Position numbers and translations under genes: made by a program. A DNA stretch of 64,000 bases, taken from positions 19,424,001-19,488,000 of the forward strand of contig CP068257.2 in the NCBI GenBank assembly GCA_009914755.4, given 5' to 3'. Position 1 is the first letter of the stretch. Every line of letters starts with the position of its first letter. Below are positions 14,541 through 27,344 of this stretch, piece by piece. The notes under the pieces were generated by a model. That model made no database searches. It was not told the origin of the DNA and saw only the letters and a list, made by a program, of their open reading frames with translations. The DNA comes from the human T2T-CHM13v2.0 reference genome, Homo sapiens.

Positions 14541-16814
14541 TCAATAAAAGTATAATTTATATTATAAGGGAAATGAGCTGAAAACTTTCTTCTCTAGTAC
14601 TTTTATGGGATTTGTTTAAGCTGACTGTGCATTTAATACAGCACATAATGAAACTTGGTCCCTTATAATTTACTAAAAAATAAACTTAAACAAAAAGCAT
14701 GTTCTTCAGTTTCTGTTGTGATCTCTTTGAATGCTTTGCTAGGTAATTATTTTGGGCTTATACTTGCAAAAATTTGTTAGAAAATTAGAGCCATTTAATT
14801 TTTTTAACTATGTTCTTTTGTGCACATTTTGCTTTGTCTAGTTTTCCCTTTTAAAGATCTTTATAGTTCTGTCAGTTAGGTTTGAAACATGCCATTCCCT
14901 CTTCCGTCCTTTGTTTTTTCTCTAATCGTCATTTGTTTTAAAACTGGGTCAGTCTATTTGATCTCACTTTTCTTATTTCCTAACAGTTGTAGATTTCACA
15001 ATAAAGAATCTTCCTGATATTCACTAGTACATATAAGTCACGAAGTTTAGTTTGTAGCATACTCACAACTAACTGTATGAAGATATAAAACTGTACAGTG
15101 TTGTAATCGGCTTTTTAAAAAAAATGCTCAGTGAAAATAACATTTTTGGCTTCAGCTGGTCTTTTGTCTTGGAGCAAAATGGGAAGAATCCAATAAGCCA
15201 TTTATGTACATAGCTTCTTTCTCAGTTTTCTTCTTTCATTGAACCAGGAAGGGTAGTAGAATTGGAGGACTGTCCTTTGCAGAATGAGTACATTGACATA
15301 GAGTCTGAGGTGACTGCAACCTTGGCCCAATTGTTGAGGCTGATTTCTTTCCATTATCAGAGTTTGGTCATAAGAGAAAAAGAGGCAGTGGGTGGAGTGG
15401 AGAGGTCAGAAAAGTGAGGTTTTGAATCATTTTCTACCACACATATCATCTGTGATCTTGAGCAAGTTACTCAGCTTCTCTTGTTCTTAGATTTTTATTA
15501 AGGAAGCTTTTCCTGTTTCCAAGAAAACTTTATGGCAACATCGTTTAGATGAGGTGCCCGTCAGAGATTATTTATTCTGTAATTTGCAACTGACATGGTG
15601 ATTATTTAATGTAAATTATGTGTGGCTTTGGAATTAACATTTTACTTCATCCCAGTATCTTCACATTAAATGATTTAAGCCTAAAAGAGAAAACATTGTG
15701 CCTTCTATTATAACTTCATTTTAGTGATTATTGGTAGGATAGATCCTTGATAAACCTTGAAGGATAATTGAAGGATTATTGAGAAAGAAGCATCTACTGG
15801 TCATTGTACAGAAATAAAAACAATAGACCTCTGTTACTCCATCTGTTTCTTGATTTCAGATTAATGAGGCCCACAGTGTAACATTTCGTAAATGAGAATG
15901 CCCATATGTAACAAATTTTATGTGCTCTAAAAAACCAGGACCTTTGCTTTCATGTTAGCAATGCAAATTTTATAAGTAAAAACTAAAGAGAAGTACAAAA
16001 TAAATATTATGTTTCTCCTGGAAGAGTAAATAAAATAGTCTAAACAAATAGAGGCAGTAACTCAAAATTTTAAGATGAATTTGAAATGAACTTTCATTGG
16101 CTCCATTAGAAACAGTTTCAGATGTATTTTAACTGTTTTTAAAAATAGATTATTTATAGGTAAACATTTTATATCACATAAGTATATTCATTTATTGGCA
16201 CATTATTTTACACATTTACTCAATACTCTCTCAGGGAAAAAATTGATATGTAACTTTTACTGGCCAAGTCTCATCTAACATTTTTAAAATAAAGTATTGG
16301 TGAGGTGTACCAGTAAATTTTGGAGGTTACTTTATTTATAGAACCTTACAAGCAAATTTTGTTTTTTAGGTAATAGAAATAGTACCAAAATAATCTTAGT
16401 GATAGTAAAATTAAAATCAGTAAAATTCTAATGTATATTATACTGTGGATATAGCTTACTTATAAGTAAAAGATACTGTCTCACTTATAAGGGGAGTTTA
16501 TTTGATTTTGTTTTATGCTAACCTATAACAAAATAGAAGCATTAATATTATTACCTCTAGTTTATTCTCAGCCATTTTTATTAGGGAAAAATATAGTGCA
16601 TTCATGTATTAGAGTGCTCAGGTATATGTGTGCTTTAATCATGTAAAAATTATAATTGTTAAAAAGATAAATTAGTTCATTTTATTAATTATCTTGCCAT
16701 CCTGCTTTGTGCAGATGTAGCCAAAGGTGAAGAAGATTGTAATATTCACAAACACCTCTTTATTTATTGGTGATGTTCCTTTGGCTGTAGAATGAAACAA
16801 AGCTTTATATAATT

Positions 16815-17597
16815 CAGATGTGTAAAAAATGTCATGTCTTGCAAATCAAAACCACAATGCAATACCATTGCATGCCAGTCAAAATGGCAATTGTTAAAAA
16901 GTCAAGAAACAACAGATGCTGGCGAGACTGTGGAGAAATGGGAATGCTTTTACACTGTTGGTGGGAATATAAAGTAGTTCAACCATTGTGGAAGACAGTG
17001 TGGTGATTCCTCAGGGATCTAGACCAGCAATACCATTTGACCCAGCAATCCCATCACTGGGTATATACCCAAAGGAATATAAATCATTATATTATAAAGA
17101 TACATGCACATGTATGTTTATTGCAGCACTGTTTACAATAACAAACACATAGAACCAACCCAAATACCCATCAATGATAGATTAGATAAAGAAAATATGA
17201 TACATATATGCCATGGAATACTATGCAGCCATAAAACAGACGGAGATCATGTCTTTTGCAGGGATATGGATGAAGCTGGAAGCTATCATCCTTAGCAAAC
17301 TAACACAGAAACAGAAAACCAAACACTGCATGTTCTCACTCATAAGTGGGAGTTGAACAGTGAGACCATATGGAAACAGAGAGGGGAAGAACACACACCA
17401 GGGCCTGTTGGTGATGGGGGTAAGGGAAGGGAGAGCATCAGGACAAATAGCTAATACATGCAGGGCTTAAAACCTCGCTGAAGGGTTGACAGGTGCAGCA
17501 AAACACCATGGCACAGGTATATCTATGTAACAAACCTGCATGTTCTGGACATGTATCCCGGAACTTAAAGTAAAATAAAAAACAAACAAACAAAACG
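16815..17597 (+). mobile_element. L1 (L1PA-like) 3' portion: ORF2 C-terminal remnant + 3'UTR (pseudogenised)
   Basis: The 62-aa ORF at 16818-17006 reads ...[50 protein letters not shown]. This matches the L1 ORF2 C-terminus [50 protein letters not shown]. Downstream comes the L1 3'UTR, ...gtaacaaacctgcatgttctggacatgtatcccggaacttaaagtaaaataaaaa. Confidence 0.95.
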
Positions 17598-18710
17598 TTT
17601 CTTTTGAATTCAGTTGCATATGAACTTCTTACTCTGAATTCCTGTTTCATCTTAGAGATGATTTTTGCTTTTATCTTTCTTAAGAGATAATTTCATTCAT
17701 TCAATAAACTTTTAATAAGACACCTCTATGAGTGAGAAGCTATGACAGAATTTGTAGAAATGTCAAAGATGAAAACACATTTCTGACCTCAGGAATTTAT
17801 ATCTAGGGGGAAAATAAGACTTCATGAAAATTGTGCTAAAAGGATTTCTTATAATAAAATATTTTAAAGGGGTAAACAATGTATTACAGTAATTGGTAAG
17901 GAAATGAATATCATGTTTTCTAAATTCTGTTTTAGTGAAAATTCTCTTGCCCCCTTTTTTTTTAGCCACTGCATTCTTTTCTTATTCAGGCCATCACTAT
18001 GACACTCTTGTGTTATTGTTATAACTTCTTCCACTTCCCCTTTGTTTCTGCCCCCTACCCAGATACTCTCTCCTTCACATTATCACTGGATTGTCTTCTA
18101 AAAGACTCATCTCCTTAAAAATATTGATAAATTCCCATCTCTATGACATTAAGACTATCTAGCCAGCTTACTCTAAGAGTCTGTTCACCATCTGGGCAAC
18201 ACTGTGCCTGTCACATTTTTCAAATACTCAGTGCTATAACTGTTACCTACATGAAACATCTGTTTTCTAACTTTATCCATTTTCTGTTCCTTGTCCTTAA
18301 AACATCCTTTGCTTGCTGCTCCTGCCTGGAACAATCATGCTTTTATTTAAAGATGCTACTAATGAACAAAATAATGCCTATAGTTAACAATAGTGTATTA
18401 TGAACTTAAAATTTTGTTAAGAGGGTAGATCTCAAGTGTTCTTATACATGCAAATGAGCTTCCCAAACAAAACAAAAACAAAAGGGCAAAGGAAACTTTT
18501 GGAGGTGATGGATATGTTGATTGCCGTAATAGTAATGATGGTTTTATGGGTGTATGTATTTGCTCAGTCCCATCAAATTGTATACATTAAACTTGTGCAG
18601 TATTTTTGTGTAATGATTACATCACATTAAAGCTATTATAAACAGATAAAATGTCCAAAAAACCCCTAAAGACATTAACATTTCGCCTTTACCCCAATTA
18701 AAGACTTCCT

Positions 18711-19008
<298 letters not shown>

Positions 19009-19033
19009 CTAAGTTGGAATTGATAAGATCATC

Positions 19034-19058
19034 AAAAAAAAAAAAAAAAAAAAAAAAA
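19034..19058. repeat. Isolated poly(A)25 tract
   Basis: The tract is 25 nt long and sits 33 bp downstream of the preceding Alu's TSD. Confidence 0.9.
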
Positions 19059-19897
19059 CAACATTGATTCATACCCCTAACATTTATTACTCTCTAAATT
19101 ATTGTAGAATTATTCGGGTAAATTTCTGTTGTGACTATCCGTGAGCTCCTGGAGCTTAAAGTGTTACTAGAGGCAGATTCATACTGTCTTCAGCAAACCT
19201 CAGTTCTTGCCTCCTCAGAAGAAAATGTTCGACCAATGGGTATAAGGCAGAAAGGGAGATTGAGGCAAGTTTTAGAGCAGGAATGAAAGTTTATTAAAAC
19301 GCTTTAGAACAGGAATGAAATGAAGTAAATTACACTTAGAAGAGGGCCAAGCAGGCGACTTGAGAGATCAAGTGCACGGTTTGACCTTTTGACTTGGAGT
19401 TTTATATGATGGCTTACTTCCAGGATCTTGCGTTACTTCACCCTGGTTCTTCCATTGGGGTGGGCTGTCCACGTGCACAGTGGCCTGCTTGCGCTTGGGA
19501 GGGGAGCATGCACAGTGTGTTTACTAGAGTTGTACGCATGCTCACTTAGGCGTTCTTCCCTTACCGGCTGAATGCTCCTAGGAGGTCATTTACCAGTTAA
19601 ATTCTGCCATTTTGCTTCTTAATGCACATGCTGGAGCTCACTCACCCAACTCCTGAGATCTTGTCGGGAAGCTACTGAGTTTCAGGTGTTTTCTATCTAT
19701 TGGGAGAGTGCCTTTCCCTGATGCCGGCTGTCACCAAGTATTATTTTAGAGAGACAGTTAACAACCACCTGACCATCACCTGATGGTTGCCTGACATTCC
19801 TGGTGTGTGTTGAGGTGGAACCATCTGTCCTGCCTATTCCTGACTAGCTACCTACTGTAACAAAAAAGACAATGTATTACTTATTAAGAATTCTCAA

Positions 19898-20767
<870 letters not shown>

Positions 20768-21785
20768 TCATCTTATGACCATTGCCATAGGTGGCATTTG
20801 CCTTAAGTGTCCTGTTTCGTAGACTAAATTCTCTACCACGATAATTAAATTTAGTTTTAAAAGTAGCTAGGTCAATAAAAATTAGGTTTCATTTAAATAA
20901 AGTCTTCTGTAAAAGTTACACTGATTATTACTACCACCTATGCTATTTTTACCACTGCTATTACATCATTATATCATTACTTCCAATACCTAAAATGTTT
21001 TATATTTGCTATGCATGTAGAGGGTACTTTGGAGGTAACCTGAGGCTTTGATGCCAACTGAAGGTTTTACTGGGCTGATTTATTATGTTCATCTTTATGT
21101 CATGTATTTTTATGTATTAGAACTGCAGTTTTCTCCTCTCCATCTTTTTGTTCTAGCTGTAGTGCCTGCCTTAGATTTTCACAAATTCACCATCTCTCTT
21201 AGGTATTTGAACCTTCGTACTTCTGTTTCCTCTCCCTGAGGAGCTCTTCCACTCTGCGGGACACCTATGTAACTTTCAGAATTGAGGCCAAATATCCAAA
21301 CATCCTGTACTCTGGAAAGCTTCCTAGTTTCTCTTTTTAGAAATCTGAGTTAGAGGTCTACTGTTTGCTCCTTGAGCAGCCTTTGCTTCTATCAAAGCAT
21401 TTGTCTGAACAGAATATCTCTGTAAATTTGTCTCTCTTGCTGGCTTATGCATTTTTGAGGTAAGGAAGCTCTATTATAATCAGTAATAGTAGTAGTAACA
21501 ACAGCAAGAGTAGTAATAATGGCAGTACAGTAGTAGTAACATTTATATTCCCAGCTTCTTAACGTGGTACATGGAACCTGGTCTGTGCCTGATATTTGGA
21601 TAGATGACTGAATGAATGAATAAAGTTGTATCTTTGGTATTTAGTGGTACTTATTACTCCATTTTATTATTACTTTGCTGGTAATTATTATTTCCATGTA
21701 ACAGGGGAGAAAACTGAAGTTCAAATTGTTGGAACTAGTTTTTTATAGATATCCAAGCCGAACTTGGAATCTAGACCCAATCATC

Positions 21786-22086
<301 letters not shown>

Positions 22087-22276
22087 TAAAATTCTATTTT
22101 TTGAGATAATTATGGATTCACAGATAGCTGTGAGAAATTATGCCAAGATGTTTTTATATACTTTGCCCAGTTTCTCCCAATGACAGCATTTTGGAAAATG
22201 GTAATGTAATATCATAACTAGGATATTGACATTGATAAATTATACCTATCTTATTTAAATTTACCCCAACTTTACT

Positions 22277-22679
22277 TGTATTCGTTTGTGTATATGTTGG
22301 GGAGAGTGGATGGTGTCTTAGGCCATTAGGCCTGCCATAACAAAAACACCATAAATTGGGTGGCTTAAACAACAGAAATTTATTTCTTACAGTTCTGGAG
22401 GCTGGGAAGACCTAGATCAAAAAGCAGCCAATTTGATGTCTGTTGAGGGCTCACTTCCTGGTTTGTAGAAGGCCGTTGTTTTGCTGTGTCCTTACATGGC
22501 AGAGGGGCCAGGAGGCTCTCTGGACTCTCTTTTCAAAAAAGAGTGCTCATCTCATTCATGAGGGTTCTGCCTTCATGACCTAATAACCTCCAAAGGCCCC
22601 TCCTCCTAACACCCTTACCTTAGGGTTTAGGATTTCAACATGTGGATTTTGAGGGGACACAAACATTCATACCATAACT
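22277..22679 (-). mobile_element. MaLR LTR, MLT1-type, antisense
   Basis: It starts tgtattcgtttg...gcctgccataacaaaaacaccataaattgggtggcttaaacaacagaaatttatttcttacagttctggaggctgggaag. That is the reverse complement of the MLT1 3' end. It ends ...ggtttaggatttcaacatgtggattttgaggggacacaaacattcataccataa, the reverse complement of the MLT1 5' end tgttatgg...gaattgtgtcccc. Confidence 0.65.
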
Positions 22680-22850
22680 GGTGATAAGTTCTAAACAGTT
22701 TTATCATCTGTTTAGATTCCTGTTAACCACCGTTGTCAAGATACTGAATAGTTACAATGTCACAAGTGTTTTTCATGTTGTTCTTTTATAACCACACTCA
22801 TTTGTCTCCTTCCTAACCCTTGCTTCAGTTTCTAACTCCTGACAATTACT

Positions 22851-22960
22851 TATCTGCCTACTATTTAAAAAATTTTGTCATTTCAAAAATGTTATATAAG
22901 TAGAGTCAAACAGCAAGTATGATTTTTAAGTATGTATGATGTTTAAGTTTCTTCCAATTT
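22851..22960 (+). repeat. 108-bp direct repeat, copy 1 (partner at 24168-24277)
   Basis: The sequence ttatctgcctactatttaaaaaattttgtcatttcaaaaatgttatataagtagagtcaaacagcaagtatgatttttaagtatgtatgatgtttaagtttctt is about 95% identical to the second copy. Confidence 0.9.
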
Positions 22961-24167
22961 GAGATTGCTGTAAACAATAATGTAATAAAACATTAGAAAT
23001 TCACTTTCATTTTTGCATGTCATATATATGGATTAAGAAAGTGTTGTATTTGGACACTTCCTCTTCATGCCATGGAGGTAGGGAATGTTATTTTTTCCCC
23101 TCAAGTCTTTTGTTTCCCAATTGTCTTGTAAGGCACTGATAATGTAATTAGCATTCAATAAATATTTGTTTATATGGATGAATATAGGAGTTAAAATTAT
23201 AGAGCTTTATACTTAGGGCTTATAGTAAAAATAGTACCTTTTTGTACTTGAAAGTCTTGCTCATGTTAAATAAATATATATACAATGCTTGAATATTGGG
23301 CTTCAATAGTCACTGTGCTGGTGTGATTTTACAGGAACTAGAGAAACCGATGCACCCTTCCTTCTATCGCCACTTCTGCTCCACAGTTATCATCTTCAGT
23401 CAATGGGTCAACTTCTTCCATTAACACAGGATTATGAAAACCTGAAATTGAATCTCTTTATTCAAAATATACTTGATTAAGTTAAAGCCTGTACAAAAAT
23501 CTTGCAAAGTTATTGTTGTTAATGTTGTTATTGTAATTAACCATTATTTGTGTCTAGTTGGGGTTTTTTTTTTTAATTATAAAGAATGGAGAGTTTCTTA
23601 ATTTAACTTCCTTCAAAAAGGGAGTTTCTTGAAAGGATGCATGCACTCAGGAACCTGGGTAAAGAGCTTAGTGCATGGCAACTTGCCAGAGTGGGCACTC
23701 TCTTCCCTCTACCCCTCCCTGCCCTTTCTGTCATGGAACTTTGCCCTCTGCACATCTGCTCCGATTATCTCTCCACTGGCTGGGTTCCTCAGCTTACACT
23801 GGCCTCTTATATTTCAGTTCCAGCCATGTTGCTGTCTCATGCTCGTTTTGCTTGACTTCTCACTTGTCCAGCTGGGCTCATGAGCCAAAGGCTGCTGTTC
23901 AATCTCTGGATGGGCTTCTTTCTCTTCAAATTTTCACCACCATTCTAGCTGTCGTGGTTGGAGACATGGGGCCCTAGGATGCAGAACACTATGCGCCCTT
24001 TCTGCTAGGGTGTGAGTGATTACAGCTTTTTAAAGGCATGTGAAGACATCTTTAAAGACTCTTCCAACAATGAGTAAAGATTAGTTTCCAGTTGTTTATT
24101 GCTATTTTCTTGAAAGTTAATATCACCTCACTGCTTTCAATCTGGGAGCAAATATTATTCAGCATAT

Positions 24168-24277
24168 TATCTGCCTACTATTTAAAAAATTTTGTTATTT
24201 CAAAAATGTTACATAAGTAGAGTCAAACAGCAAGTATGATTTTTAAGTGTGTATGATTTTTAAGTTTCTTATTGTAT
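24168..24277 (+). repeat. 108-bp direct repeat, copy 2
   Basis: The sequence is ttatctgcctactatttaaaaaattttgttatttcaaaaatgttacataagtagagtcaaacagcaagtatgatttttaagtgtgtatgatttttaagtttctt. Confidence 0.9.
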
Positions 24278-25192
24278 ATTAGAGAAAATCATAGGAGGAA
24301 ATAAATTTATTAAGCACTGCAGAAACTATGTAAGTCTTTCAGATTTAACTTAATGTGCTCAGATTTATTTAAAGGAAAGTATTAAGGGATTCTAATATTT
24401 CACTTGCAGTATAACCTTGTTATAGGAATACATTGAAGGCTTTCCCATGTGACTCAAGTGTAATATGGGACACATTCTTTACATGAGATAGAATGTTCTT
24501 TGTAATCAATCCACACATTTCCTGTAAAAGAGATAAAAAGTGAGGGAAATCAGGAAGGTGATGTGTCACCTAATGTCACTGATGCTGAGATAGCAATGGA
24601 TGCTTTGCATGACCATGAAATATAAAAGACAATCTTGAAACAGAAGACGACTTTGGTGACACAGAGGAAAAACCAAAGAAGGACAATTTAAATGAAGGGC
24701 ATTTTATCCTTGGATTCAACAGCTCGTTTTGCAGACATGAGAGTCTATTCATAACCCTTTACACATTTTACATTTACATTTGTATTTACATGAAAGGGAC
24801 TATATGATTGGCAGAATCACATGCATACAGAAGACATCTGTTCAAAATATATGCTATAGCATACATGGTCAGAGAAAGTTTATCTCTGACACCATTTTAT
24901 TTGTGTAAAATGAGGCCTAACATACATAGAGAGTTGACTTTAGGGTACTTCAGAGATTAGAACCATCAAGAGAAATGAAATATTTTTCAGTGTAGCAAAA
25001 TGTAACATCACCACAAACGGTAATTAGACTTTTTGAAGTATTTTTAAAAAAGAATGGTTTTGGGGTACTGAAATGTGCGTCCTAAATGAAATGGACAGTT
25101 AATTTAACTAGAACGTGTGTGGCAGGCCAAACTTGTATTTGTGTGAAAACTGCAAAGATTATGGTTTAAGAGATTTCAGTTTAAATGCAAGG

Positions 25193-25209
25193 GTGTGTGT
25201 GTGTGTGTG
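25193..25209. repeat. (GT)n microsatellite
   Basis: The sequence is gtgtgtgtgtgtgtgtg. Confidence 0.85.
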
Positions 25210-25428
25210 ATTTTCTTCCTATTCTTAATCTTCACAATTTTATTCAGTGTACTTATTATGTCTTGCTAGGATTTTTTCAAATTGAATTTCATCTTTTTTT
25301 TTTTACAAATACAGAAATAACTCTATCCTTTTGATAGTGATATTGATCGTTTTGTAGACATATCTAACATTGTAACCTGTCTTCCCAGAAAGGTGACAAG
25401 AATGACATGAAAGTTTATGTTAAGATTA

Positions 25429-25470
25429 TGTGTGTGTGTGTGCGTGTGTGTGTGTGTGTTGTGTGTTGTA
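25429..25470. repeat. (GT)n microsatellite, interrupted
   Basis: The sequence is tgtgtgtgtgtgtgcgtgtgtgtgtgtgtgttgtgtgttg. Confidence 0.9.
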
Positions 25471-27072
25471 TATTTTCCCTTAAGTCCTTTCATGGTAATC
25501 ACTAGCATTAGAAAAGAAATGTCAGTTTGTAAAAACAGTCAAAGATAATCTCCACATTCTGCCTAGGATTTATGTTATGTTGTCTATTTTCTGTTTGCCC
25601 CTTTGGATTTCGTCTGTTGTCTTCTGTACTATGCACTTGCTTCACGAAACTGACTTGTACTTTTGCCAATTGAGATTGGCCAATGGTGAGCCAAGTCATG
25701 AGACCGAGGAGAAGAAAAAGGTCTGAGTATTTTTCTCCTAGCTCCCTGTTTGAGGTTGTGTCCTCATCTACTGTCGCTGCTCCCCTCTTCAGAGCACAGT
25801 CCACACAGCTCTTTATCCTCCTGGGTTCTGATAACCTGTTCTCCTATTGGTCCTTTGGACTAAGGGGTCGCAACAGCTTTTCTAGTGCTATCTCTGGTCC
25901 CTGACCTCTCCCTTGTGGTTCTTCTGTAGCTTGCCCAAAACTCTGTAATTAGTCCCTTTGTAAATAAGGTGTTATCTTAATTTGAGTGTGCCATCTGTTT
26001 CTTGTTGGGACCACTGGGAGATATGGCACTCTGGGTCACAGACAGGAATGGGCATGCAAGGAGAGAGGAAATGGTGGCTTATTGCATAAGGTACTAAGGA
26101 TGCGTCTCATTTAGATCCTGGTCTTGCAATTCAGACCAGTCTTCTGTTTGGCTCTTTCTTTGGCCCCTGGAAGGCTGAAATAATGAAGGTCTGCTTAACA
26201 TAATCTCTGGCAAATCTGGTACTGGGTATGATCAATTGCTGTGTGATCACACAGGGAATCGATATAAGAGTCATATTCATATGTCAGGAGTAAGTCATGT
26301 CATTGCCTTTATCCATACTATCTGAATATCACCATTCAAATACACATAAGCTCTGTAAATTCACCTTGAAATAAATATTTTCTCATGTGTTTTATATATT
26401 GGAATCTTACAGAATGGTGTAGAACTGTAATTGCATATGGCTAGTATATGATGCTATATTAAATAATGATAAAATGCTTTAAATTTGTGTATACAATTAA
26501 TAGCTTTCAAACAGTTAAATATAAACTGCATTAATAATCAATCCAAATGTAAAGAAAATATGCTAAATCTAGATCACTTTAGGGCGAGCATCATATCCTT
26601 TTTAAGCCAAGCATTTGTTAATAAAAATTGAAATAATGCAAAGCCAGATATTAGGTTATGCCATAATTGTAATTCATATATTAATAGAATTGTTTAATAT
26701 ACTACTATTCTTAACATCAAATTAAACATCTTCAATAACTGTATTTAAATTATATGTAATTGTGTATATGGCCGTAGGTTTTTAAGAAAATATGCTGGGT
26801 TGGGATTCATTACATCTAGTGAGAATGAATTAAAAACATGATGCCAATTTTGTTTCCTCAAATTTTCACATAAAGGAAAAGTTCAAACCACATATAACAA
26901 CCTCCATGATCTATAATGTTGCATGCAGACAAATTTCATATAGACGTGCATTCCAGATTTTGTGTTTATGATTTCTTTCTTCAGGATAAAATATAGGGGG
27001 TTGTTGACTTTGACATTCAGGGCTTGGCAAACTTAGTTGAGCCTTTCCAGTCTTAAGAAGAGACATTCTTGG

Positions 27073-27344
27073 GGCCAGGAGCGGTGGCTCACGCCTGTAA
27101 TCCCAGCACTTTGGGAGGCCGAGGCAGGCGGATCACGAGGTCAGGAGATCGAGACCGTGTCTCTACTAAAAATACAAAAAAAAATTAGCCGGGCGTGGTG
27201 GCGGGCGCCTGTAGTCCCAGCTACTCGGGAGGCTGAGGCAGGAGAATGGCTTGAACTCGGGAGGCGGAGCTTGCAGTGAGCTAGATTGCGCCACTGCACT
27301 CCAGCCTGGGCGACAGAGCGAAACTCTGTCTCAAAAAAAAAAAA
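27073..27344 (+). mobile_element. AluY SINE with an internal ~20-bp deletion and an intact ~18-bp TSD
   Basis: It begins ggccaggagcggtggctcacgcctgtaatcccagcactttgggaggccgaggcaggcggatcacgaggtcaggagatcgagacc, then jumps to gtgtctctactaaaaa, which is the deletion. CpGs are retained. The TSD AAGAAGAGACATTCTTGG is at 27055-27072. The downstream copy at 27343-27367 reads AAGAAGAGACAT(ccaca)TTCTTAGG. Confidence 0.95.

Noticed and set aside
16818-17006. 62-aa ORF matching the L1 ORF2 C-terminus
   Set aside because: It is real homology, but it is a truncated remnant inside an L1 3' fragment and not a functional gene. It is annotated as a mobile element.
19034-19058. A 25-nt poly(A) tract as the tail of an unrecognised retroposed element
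   Set aside because: Only about 30 bp of non-repeat sequence separates it from the preceding Alu. No upstream retro-element body is visible. It is annotated simply as a homopolymer.
23629-23977. Three overlapping ORFs (84, 72 and 100 aa) in all three forward frames
   Set aside because: Stop-free in all frames is the hallmark of compositional bias (a CT-rich tract), not of coding sequence.
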